A stretch of DNA of 42,979 nt from Octopus sinensis (taxonomy: Eukaryota). Numbering within the stretch: position 1 is the stretch's first letter; the number at the start of each line of letters is the position of its first letter. This document shows positions 1 through 12,080 of this stretch, in pieces. Location: contig NW_021835139.1 in the NCBI RefSeq assembly GCF_006345805.1, positions 1 to 42,979 of the forward strand. The letters run 5' to 3'. The notes under the pieces are model-generated. The model saw only the letters and a list, made by a program, of their open reading frames with translations. It did not search any database and was not told the origin of the DNA. Made by a program: the position numbers and the translations under genes.

Positions 1-262
1 GTTTGTTATATACGTATGCATCTATATATATATATATATATATATTATGTGAAATAGAAAGATGAATAATCTTGTAGTGGATTAATCAAAAGTTTAACCG
101 ATACCTTAGTAGCAAAAATCACAGCAGTGAACAGCACGGTTGGAGGTACAACCATCTGGCACGGTTGGAGGTACAACCATAAAGAACATCTATACACCCC
201 CACCCACATGTTTGACCGATGCCTGACCTGTTGAATTCTTCAGCCACCGGTTCTCAACATAC

Positions 263-368
263 ACTGATAAACAGTTTCGCCATGGGCTCTTAGGAGCACA
301 GTTCGATTTGTTTTTTGCTCTGCCTCTGTTCTGTTTTTGTTTTTCCAACGGATTTCCTTTTTCTCTTC
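263..368 (-). CDS. Candidate internal coding exon of an unidentified gene (EEKKEIRWKNKNRTEAEQKTNRTVLLRAHGETVYQ)
   Basis: Minus strand shows acceptor tgtctttctcttcAG (AG at 370-369), a 106-nt open frame and donor GTATGT (262-257), in non-repetitive sequence. Protein not recognised. Confidence 0.3.
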
Positions 369-499
369 CTGAAGAGAAAGACACAATATGGTCCCATTAT
401 TCATCGGATTTTGGTAATTTGTGCCTTTCGAAAACGTGTAGAATGAAATAAAACGATTTCTGTTCAATCTGCGTTCAGCTCCATTTCTTCAATTCACCA

Positions 500-622
500 A
501 TAATGTTATATATCTATATATATATTCACACGCGCACACGTATATGTACACGTGTGCGTATCTATATATCTACATACATATATTATATACATATATATAT
601 ATGTATGTACATATATAATATA

Positions 623-711
<89 letters not shown>

Positions 712-828
712 CGTATATACAAACATACATACATGTATGCATGCATACATGCACACCCCACACATACGAGCACACACACACACACACACATATATGTGTA
801 TATATATGTATATATATATATTATATAG

Positions 829-859
<31 letters not shown>

Positions 860-866
860 ATATTGG

Positions 867-901
<35 letters not shown>

Positions 902-999
902 GTATATTATATATATATGTATGTATATATATAGATACCACACGTGTACATAGACCGTGTGCGCGTGTGAATATGTGTGAACATTTGTTTATGTTCATG

Positions 1000-1068
<69 letters not shown>

Positions 1069-1270
1069 CTATACATACATCATACAATGTATGTTGTGTG
1101 TATGCATGTACTATGTAATTAATGTATATATGTATATGTATGTATGTGTCTGTGTATGTATGTATGTATGTATGTGTGTATGTATGTATGTATGTATGTA
1201 TGTATGTATGTATGTATGTATGCATGTATGTATGTGTGTATATGTATATGTATGTATGTATGTGTGTGTA
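500..1270. repeat. Compound (TA)n/(CA)n/(TATG)n microsatellite block
   Basis: Directly visible; explains the YI/CV/HT ORFs here. Confidence 0.97.
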
Positions 1271-1643
1271 TACGGAGGATTGTGAGTGTGTACAGGTGAG
1301 GGGCAGGTGGAGAGCTATCTGTACATTCTGCTAATTATTTTTCCTGCTCTGCTTTTGTTAGGCTGTAATCAATTATGAAACAAAAGTAGGGTCTTTCACC
1401 GAACGTTGGCAGCCCCACCATCCCTATTAGCTATGATAACATTCTTTAATCCGGTGGTACGCTCCCAGTTATGGATCGGCACCAACACTATCAATAATAA
1501 AAAATAACAACAACAACATAGGCAACAAAATCGCTTAAGCACAATAACGAGGATTACGCTAAAAACTTTAAATTACCCCACTCCCCCAAAAAATAGCAAC
1601 GACTTTTGACAACGACATCATCATTGACAGCAATAATAATAAA

Positions 1644-2192
1644 AACGAAGAACAGTGAACCAGGGCAGGAGTCTGTATGAGGCAGCTCGATTTGCTAGAA
1701 ATAGTAGCCGTCTTGGAAATAGATGCGTTGGATATTGTGGTCGTAGGCTACCTGTGTAATAAGGGGAAAAGATGTGTTGGTCATGGTTTGAATGGTTTTG
1801 ATTATAGGTTTGAAGTGATTGGGGTTAACGAAGAACAGTGAACCAGGGCAGGAGTCTGTATGAGGCAGCTCGATTTGCTAGAAATAGTAGCCGTCTTGGA
1901 AATAGATGCGTTGGATATTGTGGTCGTAGGCTACCTGTGTAATAAGGGGAAAAGATGTGTTGGTCATGGTTTGAATGGTTTTGATTATAGGTTTGAAGTG
2001 ATTGGGGTTAACGAAGAACAGTGAACCAGGGCAGGAGTCTGTATGAGGCAGCTCGATTTGCTAGAAATAGTAGCCGTCTTGGAAATGGATGCGTTGGATA
2101 TTGTGGTCGTAGGCTACCTGTGTAATAAGGGGAAAAGATGTGTTGGTCATGGTTTGAATGGTTTTGATTATAGGTTTGAAGTGATTGGGGTT
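1644..2192. repeat. Tandem triplication of a 183-bp unit
   Basis: Units start at 1644, 1827 and 2010 (aacgaagaacagtgaacc...gtgattggggtt). The only difference I saw is A>G at 2087. The unit contains a diverged piece of the ttgctagaaatagc repeat also seen at 28.6-28.9 kb. Confidence 0.95.
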
Positions 2193-2241
2193 GAGTTGGT
2201 TTTAAGCATGCAGAGTAAGGGACAAGCAGCAGCAACAGCAA

Positions 2242-2605
2242 GTGGCTCAATGGTTAGGGCAGCGGCTCGCGGTCGGAGGATCGCAGTTTCGATTCCCAGA
2301 CCGGGCGTTGTGTGTGTTTATTGAGCGAAAACACCTAAAGCTCCACGAGGCTCCGGCAGGGGGTGGTGGTGACCCCTGCTGTACTCTTTCGCCCCAACTT
2401 CCTCTCACTCTTTCTTCCTGTTTCTTGTCCCCGACTTCCTACGCAACCGCTGAGCCTGGATGCGCATTCATCCATCCGTCGATGCTCTCGGTGTCGGGGG
2501 TTAACCTGCTTTCTCTTCTGCGGGTCTTACGAATAGCAAAGGACCACGTTTCGGACTTCTCTCATCTTGCGAGCTCTGGGACAAAGACCGTTCGCTCAAC
2601 AGCAA
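2242..2605 (+). mobile_element. tRNA-derived SINE, A-type head/core with tail 1
   Basis: A-box-like gtggctcaatggttag and B-box-like gtttcgattccc; about 180 nt shared with copies at 7195-7640 and 41170-41458; ends in (CAACAG)n. Confidence 0.85.
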
Positions 2606-2629
2606 CAGCAACAGCAGCATCAGTAGCAA

Positions 2630-2941
2630 CATTAAGATAGATAGCATTAAGGAGAATGACAGAAAAGCTACTATGAAAATATCAACAGCAACAACAATAA
2701 CAATAACAGTAATGACAACAACAGCAGCAGCAGTGAAGGTAACAATAGCATCAACAATAAATTTAGCAATAATAATAACAACAAAAAGAACAATGATCAT
2801 CGTTAAATTCATTACTATCATCATCAGCAGCAGCATCACAAACATCATCATCATCAGCAGCAGCAGCAGCAGCAGAAGAAGAAGAAGAAGAAGAAGAAGA
2901 AGAAGAAGAAGAAGAAGAAGAAGAAGAAGAAGAAGAAGAAG
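2630..2941. repeat. AAC/CAT/CAG-rich low complexity ending in an (AGA)n run
   Basis: Visible trinucleotide runs; source of the poly-R and poly-S ORFs. Confidence 0.9.
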
Positions 2942-2944
2942 AAT

Positions 2945-3395
2945 ATGCCCTGATGCAGTACAAGGCAGTGGCTCTCATAGCTCCTGATCTTAACTGATTG
3001 GAAGTGTTATCATGTCCCTTGGTGGCTGACGATATGTGCATCTCTGATCACGAGCAGAAACAATGAGGGAGCACCATGGCCATGTGTTGAAAGGAATTCT
3101 TTGGGGTTTGGATAATTCACCTTTGGAAACATGGGTGTTTCGTTCAACACCCTTAATAGGCCCTTATTCAGAAACCTTTTGAGCAGGATGGGCTACTCGA
3201 GTTAAAGAAAACTCTAACTGGGCCCTACCTATAAGGTCATGCGCTCTTTATCTTGATATGAAATCACCATGTCGCGCACATATGGTTGTGATGCATGTGC
3301 TTGGTGTACCCTTATCAGACGGGTAGTCATGATGGGTATACTGGGCTTCGTATGTTTTACCCCAGTGTCACTTTAATGGCATGCACTCTCACTCA
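2945..3395. repeat. Probable interspersed repeat ending in (AAT)n
   Basis: More GC-balanced island between two microsatellites, running into an (AAT)n tract. Only one copy in the window, so the family is inferred. Confidence 0.3.
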
Positions 3396-3400
3396 ATAAT

Positions 3401-3455
<55 letters not shown>

Positions 3456-3496
3456 TAATAATAACAATAATAATATTGATGATAATAATAATAATA

Positions 3497-3553
<57 letters not shown>

Positions 3554-3565
3554 TAATAATAATTG
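3395..3565. repeat. (AAT)n microsatellite
   Basis: Directly visible. Confidence 0.97.
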
Positions 3566-4009
3566 TCTTAATCATAATCGTCATTAAAGACGTCGACCAT
3601 TAAAAAAAACCTGTGCAAACTCCATCAAATTACATTCTGTCGTTTAAAAAATAATAAACTCAACGTATGATGCTATTTTTGTCCTTGCATAAACTATAAT
3701 GGCCAAAAGTGGAATGCTTTTGATCATACGTCAATTCAGTCCAAGTTAACCGAAGACCAAACGACGACCATAAATGGAAACAGAGAGACGATAGCAACAA
3801 TAATAATATCAAGGCAACAAGAAAAACAACAACACAAACACACATACAATGATGTGTACACGTGCGTACCAGTAATTCTTGACAATAAATAAAATAAATT
3901 CAGTGCATGAGAAATCCAAAATGGCGCCCATTTGTTTTCTGTTTTGTATTTCTTCAGCGATATTATTTGAAGAGACGTGAAAAACAATAAAAGCAAATGC
4001 GATACTCCA

Positions 4010-4287
4010 TATATGTGTGTGTGTATGTGTGTGTGGTGTGTGTGGTGTGTGTGTGTGAGTGTGTGTGAGTATACATATATATAATTTGAATACAATTTAT
4101 GTATACGTGTGTATGTATGTATATATATATATATATGCAAACATACGTATATATGTGTGTATGTGTATATGTGTGTTCGTGTGTGTATGCGTGGTATATG
4201 TGTGTATGCGTGTGTATGTGTGTGTGCAAGTGTGTGAGCGTGTGTGTGTGTGTTACTGAGTGCTTGAGTGCATGTATAGAAATATGC

Positions 4288-4318
<31 letters not shown>

Positions 4319-4336
4319 GTTTTTTTCACTTTTTAC

Positions 4337-4389
<53 letters not shown>

Positions 4390-4415
4390 TGTATAGAAAT
4401 ATGCACACACACATA

Positions 4416-4448
<33 letters not shown>

Positions 4449-4490
4449 ATATGTATGTGTGTCTTTATGTGTATATGTATGTACATTGTT
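4010..4490. repeat. Compound (TG)n/(TA)n microsatellite
   Basis: Directly visible. Confidence 0.95.
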
Positions 4491-4754
4491 TGTGAGGGAG
4501 GGGCGTTGTTTCTAGGGAGAACAATAACTCTGGAAAACGCATTCAAAACGATAACGAATTGTAATTTCTAATGATGGAATAAATGGGAGAATAAACAGAA
4601 GGTGTAATAGAAAAGCCCTCAGGTATTTTCTCACCCTAATTAATTAGTTATCATTGTGTATTATCTCATAGAAACGGTGTGCTGGAAATTAACGTTTCGC
4701 CAACGAATGTGCTGAGCAAATGAACGAAGGAAGCGATAACAGGCTGTGTTGCTT

Positions 4755-4879
4755 CTTGTTGTTGTTGTTGTTGTTGTTGTTGTTGCTGTTGTTGTTTTCG
4801 TGATTCTGGTGGTGTTGGTGGTATAGGTGGCGGCTGCGGTGACGGTGGTCGTGGTGGTTATAGAATTGGTGCGACTGTG

Positions 4880-4911
<32 letters not shown>

Positions 4912-5160
4912 GGTGGTGGTGGTGGTGGTGGTGGTGGTGGTGGTGGTGGTTGTATTTGTGCTATCGTTGTTGTTGACGATGATGATGGTGATGATGATGA
5001 TGAGGATGATGACGATGATGACGATGATGATGATGATGATGATGGTGGTGTGGTGGTGGTGGTGGTGGTGGTGGTGGTGGTGGTGGTGGTGGTGGTGGTG
5101 GTGATGATTATGAAGATGATGATGATGAGGATGATGAAGATGATGAGGATGATGATGATG

Positions 5161-5210
<50 letters not shown>

Positions 5211-5395
5211 GGTGGTGATGATGATGATGAGACAAAATGGGCCACGATGACATTCTATACGAAGACTGCAGACATCGTGATAATAGGAGTAACGTTGCTG
5301 TTGTTGTTGTTGTTGTTGTTGATGATGATGATGATGACGACGACGACGACGACGACGACGATGATTGTGATGATGACGGTGGTGATGATGATGGT
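4755..5395. repeat. (GTT)n/(GGT)n/(GAT)n/(GAC)n trinucleotide block
   Basis: Directly visible; source of the poly-H, poly-V and poly-W ORFs. Confidence 0.95.
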
Positions 5396-5695
5396 ATGAA
5401 GGATTATTGATTCGCTTTAGGATTTGCTTTCGTATGTTTCAATTTTGCTTTTCGTTTTTTGTTGATTTTTTTTTCCCTTTTATGGTTTTTGGGGAGGTTT
5501 TTGTAATTCAATTATCTGCCCCGCAAACATTTTCCCTGTTTATTAATTTTTTCATATTTTTTTAATCGCTTTACCAATAACACCACCACCAACACCAACA
5601 CCAACATCAACACTAACACCGCTAACAATAGAACTATCACCACCATCACTAATACCAACTGCAATATCATCAACAACCACAACCACAACCACAAT

Positions 5696-6189
5696 ACCAT
5701 GAACGAGATCAATATCACTACGATTGCATTCACAATAAAGTTGACCTCACAACAGACGGTAACAACAACACCATGAACGAGATCAATATCACTACGATTG
5801 CATTCACAACAAAGATTACCTCACAACAGATGATAACAACAACACCATGGACGAGACGAATATCTCTACGATTGCACTCACAACAAAGATTATCTCACAA
5901 CATATGGTAACAACAACACCATGAACGAGACGAATGTCTCTACGATTGCACTCACAACAGATTACCTCACAACAGATGGTAACAACAACACCATGAACGA
6001 GACGAATATCTCTACGATTGCACTCACAACAAAGTTGACCTCACAACAGATGGTAACAACAACACCATGAACGAGACGAATATCTCTACGATTGCACTCA
6101 CAACAAAGATTACCTCACAACAGACGGTAACAACAACACCATGAACGAGACCAATATCTCTACGACTGCATTCACAACAAAGATTACCT
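5696..6189. repeat. 74-bp minisatellite, about 6.7 copies
   Basis: accatg(a/g)acgaga unit starts at 5696, 5770, 5844, 5918, 5990, 6064 and 6138. Period is not a multiple of 3. Confidence 0.93.
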
Positions 6190-6211
6190 GTACACTGATG
6201 CAGCACGAAGT

Positions 6212-6262
6212 TTTGTCAGTGAACAGGTCGCGGTCTCAAAGCGACGAAAATATTTTGACAAA
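6212..6262 (+). ncRNA. Type I hammerhead ribozyme motif, G3-C8 core variant, in a short element abutting (TA)n
   Basis: Stem I TTTGTCA (6212-18)/TGACAAA (6256-62); core GTGAACA (6219-25) plus one extra G; stem II GTCGC (6227-31)/GCGAC (6241-45); GAA (6246-48); palindromic stem III AATATT (6249-54); H17=T6255. Confidence 0.6.
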
Positions 6263-6341
6263 TTAAATTTAAATGTTGAAGTGGATCTAACGGTTTTGTG
6301 TTTCTTAAATGGCTTACAAACACCTTCCACGCTGCAATTGT

Positions 6342-6372
<31 letters not shown>

Positions 6373-6558
6373 ACAATTTTGATGAAGTACAAATATCCTA
6401 AACGTTAAGCCTCGTTCTTTTCTATTAAAGCGTTAAGCTAGCACTTCGTTACTATATTGTCTTCTTTTCACTTTTTTGTTCATTGCTTTTAGTGTATATA
6501 TGCGTGTGTAAATATATATATAATACATATGAGAGTGTATATATATATATGTGTGTAC

Positions 6559-6590
<32 letters not shown>

Positions 6591-6605
6591 ATGTATGCAT
6601 GTATG

Positions 6606-6645
<40 letters not shown>

Positions 6646-7194
6646 CATATGTATCATATGTGTATGAATGTATTTATTTGTGTGTATATGTGAGTGCATG
6701 CATGAATCTATGGATGTTTGAAAATGGGGAATCGTATTCGATATTTATTCATGAAGCCATCTCCCACTTTGAAGCGTAATTTTTAACACGTTTTGCTCGG
6801 TAAGCAAAACTATGATGAGTTTTGATACTCAACAACATCGTTTTTGCTAATCATATCACCTTGGAAGATAATACAAACCGTCAATGAAACAGATAAACTT
6901 AATCCTCCGAGTGTAAATTCAATTATTTTTATTCATATGACCCTAATGATCTGATTGGTTATTTCAATGCAAGTTTCTTTGGGAATTCGGATCTAAAGAC
7001 TTGATTTCTTTGATACTATATATACTGTAAGTATGGTAGTGAAAAAAATAATCAAGAAGAATATTATTTATTGATGCAGACATCGGAATGATTATTTTTA
7101 CACCTTACTTCAAATTACACCGTAGGAAATAATCTACTAATCTGTGAATTTTAAAAGATCGTCACTAAATCACAAACATGGCTGATGTTGTCTT

Positions 7195-7640
7195 CTTCTT
7201 CTTCTTAGCCACAAAGAATAATCTCTAATTCGAGCCTACTCTAAGCTACTAAGAATGCGTGTGGCAACTTGAAGATCCACCCACCACACGCGATAGACTG
7301 GCGGTTGCACGGGCGCGAAAGCTACGTTGTTATCCTCAATCCGTAGACGGTGGCTTTTAACGGGTGGTACAGAGGATTCGCAATCTAGACTAGGGTCTGA
7401 AAGTTTACGATACCATAGTGGTTCCTCTGCTTTGTGGCAGAAGTAGGAAGAAAGAGTGAGAGAGAGTTGTGATGAAAGAGTACAGCGGGGTTCAACCCAC
7501 CCCTACCCCACCCCACCGAAGCCTCGTGGAGCTTAGGTGTTTTTGCTCAATAAACACTCACAATACCCGGTCCGGGAATCGAAACCGCGTTCTTACGAAC
7601 GCGAGTCCGCTACCCTAACCACTGGGCCATTGCGCCTCCA
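7195..7640 (-). mobile_element. tRNA-derived SINE, A-type head/core with tail 2
   Basis: Minus-strand head tggaggcgcaatggcccagtggttaggg...gtttcgattcccggaccggg and core shared with the 2242 copy; unrelated 3' part ending in (AAG)n. Confidence 0.85.
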
Positions 7641-8365
7641 TGGTTGATGCTGTTGTTATTGATGGCGTTGTTGTCTTTTAGCTCAGTGTCCAGCCTGGGC
7701 AAAGATCTCTCCAGACGAGTGGACCTATAATGGAGAAGACGTATGATACAATTAATGTATCAAGTATTATGACTTGGAGCCCATACTTTGAGCCTTCATC
7801 CACTTAATGGAGTCGTTGGGGCAGCATCTTGACATACGACGCGATTTGAGCATCATTTGACGTTGTGGAATCCATACCGTTCCATGTTTGAGCACAATTG
7901 ATTTTTTTCCGGAAGAGAGTAAGACAGATAGACAGAAATATAGAGAAAGATAATAATCGATCCCAGTACATGACTGTTACTTTGTTTAACATCCCAACCT
8001 CGCCGCCACCCACCGAAAAAAGATGAAAAGGAAATTTGATCTCGGTAGCATTTGGCTCAGAAGGAAGAAAGACAAAAACTACCACAAAGCATTCTATCAA
8101 ATATTCAGTCACGGGTAATATTATTACATGTGTGCTTCCATAAATTTTTTATCCGATAGTTTGGGATCTAGGACCACACAAGGACTCCTTCGAGGTTTCC
8201 AAAAGAGAGCAATCAAACAAATTAATTATGTTATTATTTAACCATTAATTAGTCAGTCTTACTATACGTTGAAGCAATAAGAAGCGAGTCAGTTTGAAAA
8301 TTATACTCAATAATTTGTATTTTATTTTTAAAGAAGACGTTTGAATACACTTTTCTTTTTAAATA

Positions 8366-8585
8366 GGCGTAGGAGTGGCTGTGTGGTAAGTAGCTTGCTT
8401 CCGAACCACATGGTTCCGGGTTCAGTCCCACTGCGTGGCATCTTAGGCAAGTGTCTTGTACTATAGCCTCGGGCCGACCAAAGCCTTGAGGGTGTATTTG
8501 GTAGACGGAAACTGAAAGAAGCTCATCGTATATATGTATGTATATATATACATATATATATATGTAGATATGTGTGTGTGCGTGT

Positions 8586-8617
<32 letters not shown>

Positions 8618-8833
8618 TGTGTGTCTGTGTGTGTGTCTGTGTTTGTCCCCCCAACATCGCTTGACAATCGATGCTGGTGTGTTTACGTACCCGTAACTTA
8701 ATGGTTCAGCAAAAGAGACGGATAGAATAAGTACATTACTAGGCTTACAAAGATAAGTCCTGTGGTCGATTTGCTCGACTAAAGGCGGTGCTCCGGCATG
8801 GCCGCAGTCAAATGACAGAAACTAGTAAAAGAG
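8366..8833 (+). mobile_element. SINE family E, full length with internal (TA)/(TG) tract
   Basis: A box tggctgtgtgg, B box ggttcagtccc, ttaggcaagtgtc core, 3' half ending gtaaaagag; homologous to 35712-36122. Confidence 0.9.
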
Positions 8834-8849
8834 TATGTGTATATATATA

Positions 8850-8995
8850 TAAATTTCTTGTGGCAGGAAGTTTACTTCCCAATATATTTCCAGGCTCCGT
8901 CCCACTGCGTACCTCTTTTGGCAACCGTCTTCTACTATTGGCCCAGGCCAAAGCTTTGTGACTGGATTTGATAGACAGAAATTGAAAGAATCCTG

Positions 8996-9039
<44 letters not shown>

Positions 9040-9065
9040 TTTGTTTGTGTGTGTGTGTGTTTGTG
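8850..9065 (+). mobile_element. SINE family E, degenerate 5' half
   Basis: cccactgcgt...tcttctactatt...gaaattgaaagaatcctgtcg followed by (TG)n. Confidence 0.7.
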
Positions 9066-9180
9066 TGTGTGTCTGATAGGTACTACTCTGCATTATTTAC
9101 CGGACCAGAATGGGACTTGTGATGACTAAGGTATTGTATCATAACTCTTTCGGTGCGAATGTTTTGTTTTTTTTATATAA

Positions 9181-9480
9181 AGAGATAATCCTAAAGTTAT
9201 AATCTTAATGATATAATCCCAAACTTCTAATCTTAAAACTATGATCTTAAAATTACGATCCTAAAAGTATGATTCTAAACCTATGATTTTTTCATTATTA
9301 TCATAAAATTGTAATCCTAGAGTTATGACCCTAAAATTATGATCCTTAAATTAAGATGCTAAAGTTATGATGTTACAACATCATGAGTCTCAATATTATT
9401 ATCATAAACTTATGATTATCATACATTGATCTACATTACCTATCGCTATAAATATAATGATCTTAAATAATATGCTTCTA
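9181..9480. repeat. Degenerate AT-rich short-period (~15 bp) minisatellite
   Basis: Recurrent t(a/g)atc(c/t)taaa motif. Confidence 0.6.
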
Positions 9481-9564
9481 ATGATGCGATCATTAACTTA
9501 ATTAATACGAAAATAATTGCATTTACCGAAATCAGATTTAACATTTCAGTAAGTTGAGTAATGC

Positions 9565-10240
9565 CGTTGTTGTTGTTGTTGCTAATGTTGTTGCTAATAA
9601 GTTTCTATTGATGCTCTCGCTTTGGTTGGTTTTTGTTTGCTGCAGAGCCATTGGTTGTTCCCATTGTTGCTAATTCTATTGTCGATCTTGCTGTAACTGA
9701 TTTTGCTGCTGCTGCTGCTGTTGTTGTTGTTGTTGTTGCTGTTGTTACAGTTATTATTGTTGCTATTATTATTGTTCTTACTATCGTTGTTATTGCTGCT
9801 GCTATAGCTTGGTTCCCGTTGTTGTTGCTATTTTTAACGTTCTTGACGTTACTGTTGTTGCGACTGAGGTAGATATTGGAGTTGATAATTTTTGTTGTTG
9901 TTGTTGCTGTTGTTACAGTTATTATTGTTGCTATTATTATTGTTCTTACTATCGTTGCTATTGCTGCTGCTTCTATAGTTTTGGTTATCGTTGTTGTTGC
10001 TATTTTTAACGTTCTTGACGTTACTGTTGTTGCAACTGACGTTGATAACGCAGTTGATAACTTTTGTTGTTGTTGTTGTTGTTATTGTTTTTAGTGCTTC
10101 TGCTGCTATTGTCGATGTAGAAGCTGATGTTTGTTGTTGCTGTTGTTGTTGTCGTTGTTGCTATTGTTGCTATTGTTATTGCAGCTATTATTATCGTTGT
10201 CGTTGTTCTTGCTGTTGTTGTTTCCGTTGTTTTTGTTGTT
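9565..10240. repeat. (GTT)n-rich low complexity with an internal ~170-bp duplication
   Basis: gctgttgttacagttattattgttgctattattattgttcttactatcgttg and tttttaacgttcttgacgttactgttgttgc each occur twice. Confidence 0.85.
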
Positions 10241-10248
10241 GTGCACAC

Positions 10249-10287
10249 GCTCCAATGTAATGGCGGAAGTCGAAGAAGTCAACATAG
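10249..10287 (-). CDS. Weak candidate 39-nt symmetric micro-exon (xYVDFFDFRHYIGx)
   Basis: Strong polypyrimidine tract plus cAG (10289-10288) and an open frame; donor GTGTGC is weak. Confidence 0.18.
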
Positions 10288-10544
10288 CTGAACCAAGAAA
10301 AAAAATAAAGAAAACTGATAAACAAAATGAACAAATAGAATAATTAGCGAGGCAACAACCACACACATACCACCGAAATTATTATTATATATGTATTATA
10401 TATGTGTGTGTAGGTGTATTACATATGTGAGTATGCGTATATTTGTGTGTATGTGTACGTGTATGCACTTATATGCATCCATATAATATGCATAAACGAA
10501 TAATTAGAGATATTTAAAGTACATGTAATTAGAGAAAATTGTAG

Positions 10545-10545
10545 G

Positions 10546-10613
<68 letters not shown>

Positions 10614-10653
10614 ATAGATAGATAGATAGACAGACAGACAGATAGATAGATAA

Positions 10654-10726
<73 letters not shown>

Positions 10727-10735
10727 AAGACAGAC

Positions 10736-10802
<67 letters not shown>

Positions 10803-10870
10803 CAGACAGATAGATAGATAGACAGACAGAGAGAGAGGCAGGCAGCCAGGCAGATAGATAGAGAGAGGGG
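10545..10870. repeat. (GATA)n/(GACA)n microsatellite
   Basis: Directly visible. Confidence 0.97.
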
Positions 10871-11047
10871 GAAGAGGGGGGAGTTTGGGGTTGAATGTAT
10901 GTGTACATACGTATGAATAGATAAATACATACGAACACATATACACACACACTATATATATAAGTATATATATATATATATGTGCATATATACATACAAT
11001 ATAATATAATATATTTATATATATGTGTTGTGTGGTGTGTGTGTGTG

Positions 11048-11093
<46 letters not shown>

Positions 11094-11222
11094 TATATAT
11101 ATGTAATCAGACACGATAAACATATATAATATATATAAATACACTTTTACGTACACACATAGATACGCACGCACATATTCACTGGTATGCATAAACATAC
11201 AAGTACATACCATACACTCACA

Positions 11223-11255
<33 letters not shown>

Positions 11256-11699
11256 CACACACTCACACACTCACACACACATACATACATATATATATAT
11301 ATATACAGGCTTACACGGACACACACATACGTTTGAGAATGAAACGAAACGGTGCTCAACAGTAAGTTCGCGTGACAGGATATTGCAAGGGAGTCATTGT
11401 CGACGGAACAACAACGAGAAGAGACTAAATTAGCTATCCCGCAGTGAAGGGTTCGCTTCCTCTATACTCCCTATACTAGCTCAGTGTTTCATGGAACAGT
11501 GGCGTTTTATTGATGCCAAAAGGTTTAGTTGAATTATATTGTGTATTCATAAATTTCTCATGAACGTTTGAGAAGGAGCGTTCAGTGTTTGTCGTATGTG
11601 TGTATGTATGTATGTGTGTATGTATGTATGTATGTATGTATGTATGTTACGTTATAGGTAATGTGTTGCGCTATGTATGTATGTTATGTATGTATGTTA

Positions 11700-12080
11700 T
11701 CTATATGTGTGTGTGAGTGTGTATGCGTATGTGTAGTCTATATGGTGTGAGTGCATGCAGGTGTGTGGGAAGGGTTTGTATGTTGGTATGTGGGTGGGAA
11801 TGTGTGCATGTGTTGTGTATATGTGTGTGAGTGCATGTGTGTGTATACGTGTGTATAGTCTATATGGTGTGTGTGCATGCAGGTGTGTAGGAAGGAATGT
11901 GTACATGTGCTGTGCATGTGTGTGTGTATGTGTGTGTAGTGCGTATGTGTGAGTGCATGTGTGTGCATGCTTGTGTGTACTCTATAAGGTGTATGTGCAT
12001 GCAGGTGTGTAGGAAGGGTTTGTATGTTGGTATGTGGTTGGGAATGTATGCACGTGTTGTGTTTGTGTGTGATGTATGTT
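11700..12080. repeat. ~122-bp TG-rich higher-order repeat, 3 copies
   Basis: tctata(t/a)ggtgt...gcaggtgtgt(g/a)g(g/a)aagg recurs at about 11736, 11858 and 11979. Confidence 0.8.

Noticed and set aside
1258-1380. Plus-strand micro-exon pair (DCECVQ / AVINYETK) around a ~76-nt intron-like gap
   Set aside because: Splice-like motifs exist, but the first acceptor is poor and a P2X-like YxTxK resemblance has the wrong spacing; unsupported.
2242-2310. tRNA genes at SINE heads (also 7560-7640, 33660-33733, 41390-41458)
   Set aside because: A and B boxes are present, but they continue into SINE bodies and I could not form a complete cloverleaf.
3930-3995. Plus-strand terminal exon RYYLKRREKQ* with AATAAA
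   Set aside because: Too short; such pyrimidine tracts are common here and no upstream partner exon is supported.
4680-4725. GAAACGTT on the minus strand as a hammerhead
   Set aside because: No CUGANGA-like core or stem I.
11334-11367. Strong GTAAGT donors (also 22891 on plus and ~41960 on minus)
   Set aside because: No convincing acceptor and no recognisable peptide.
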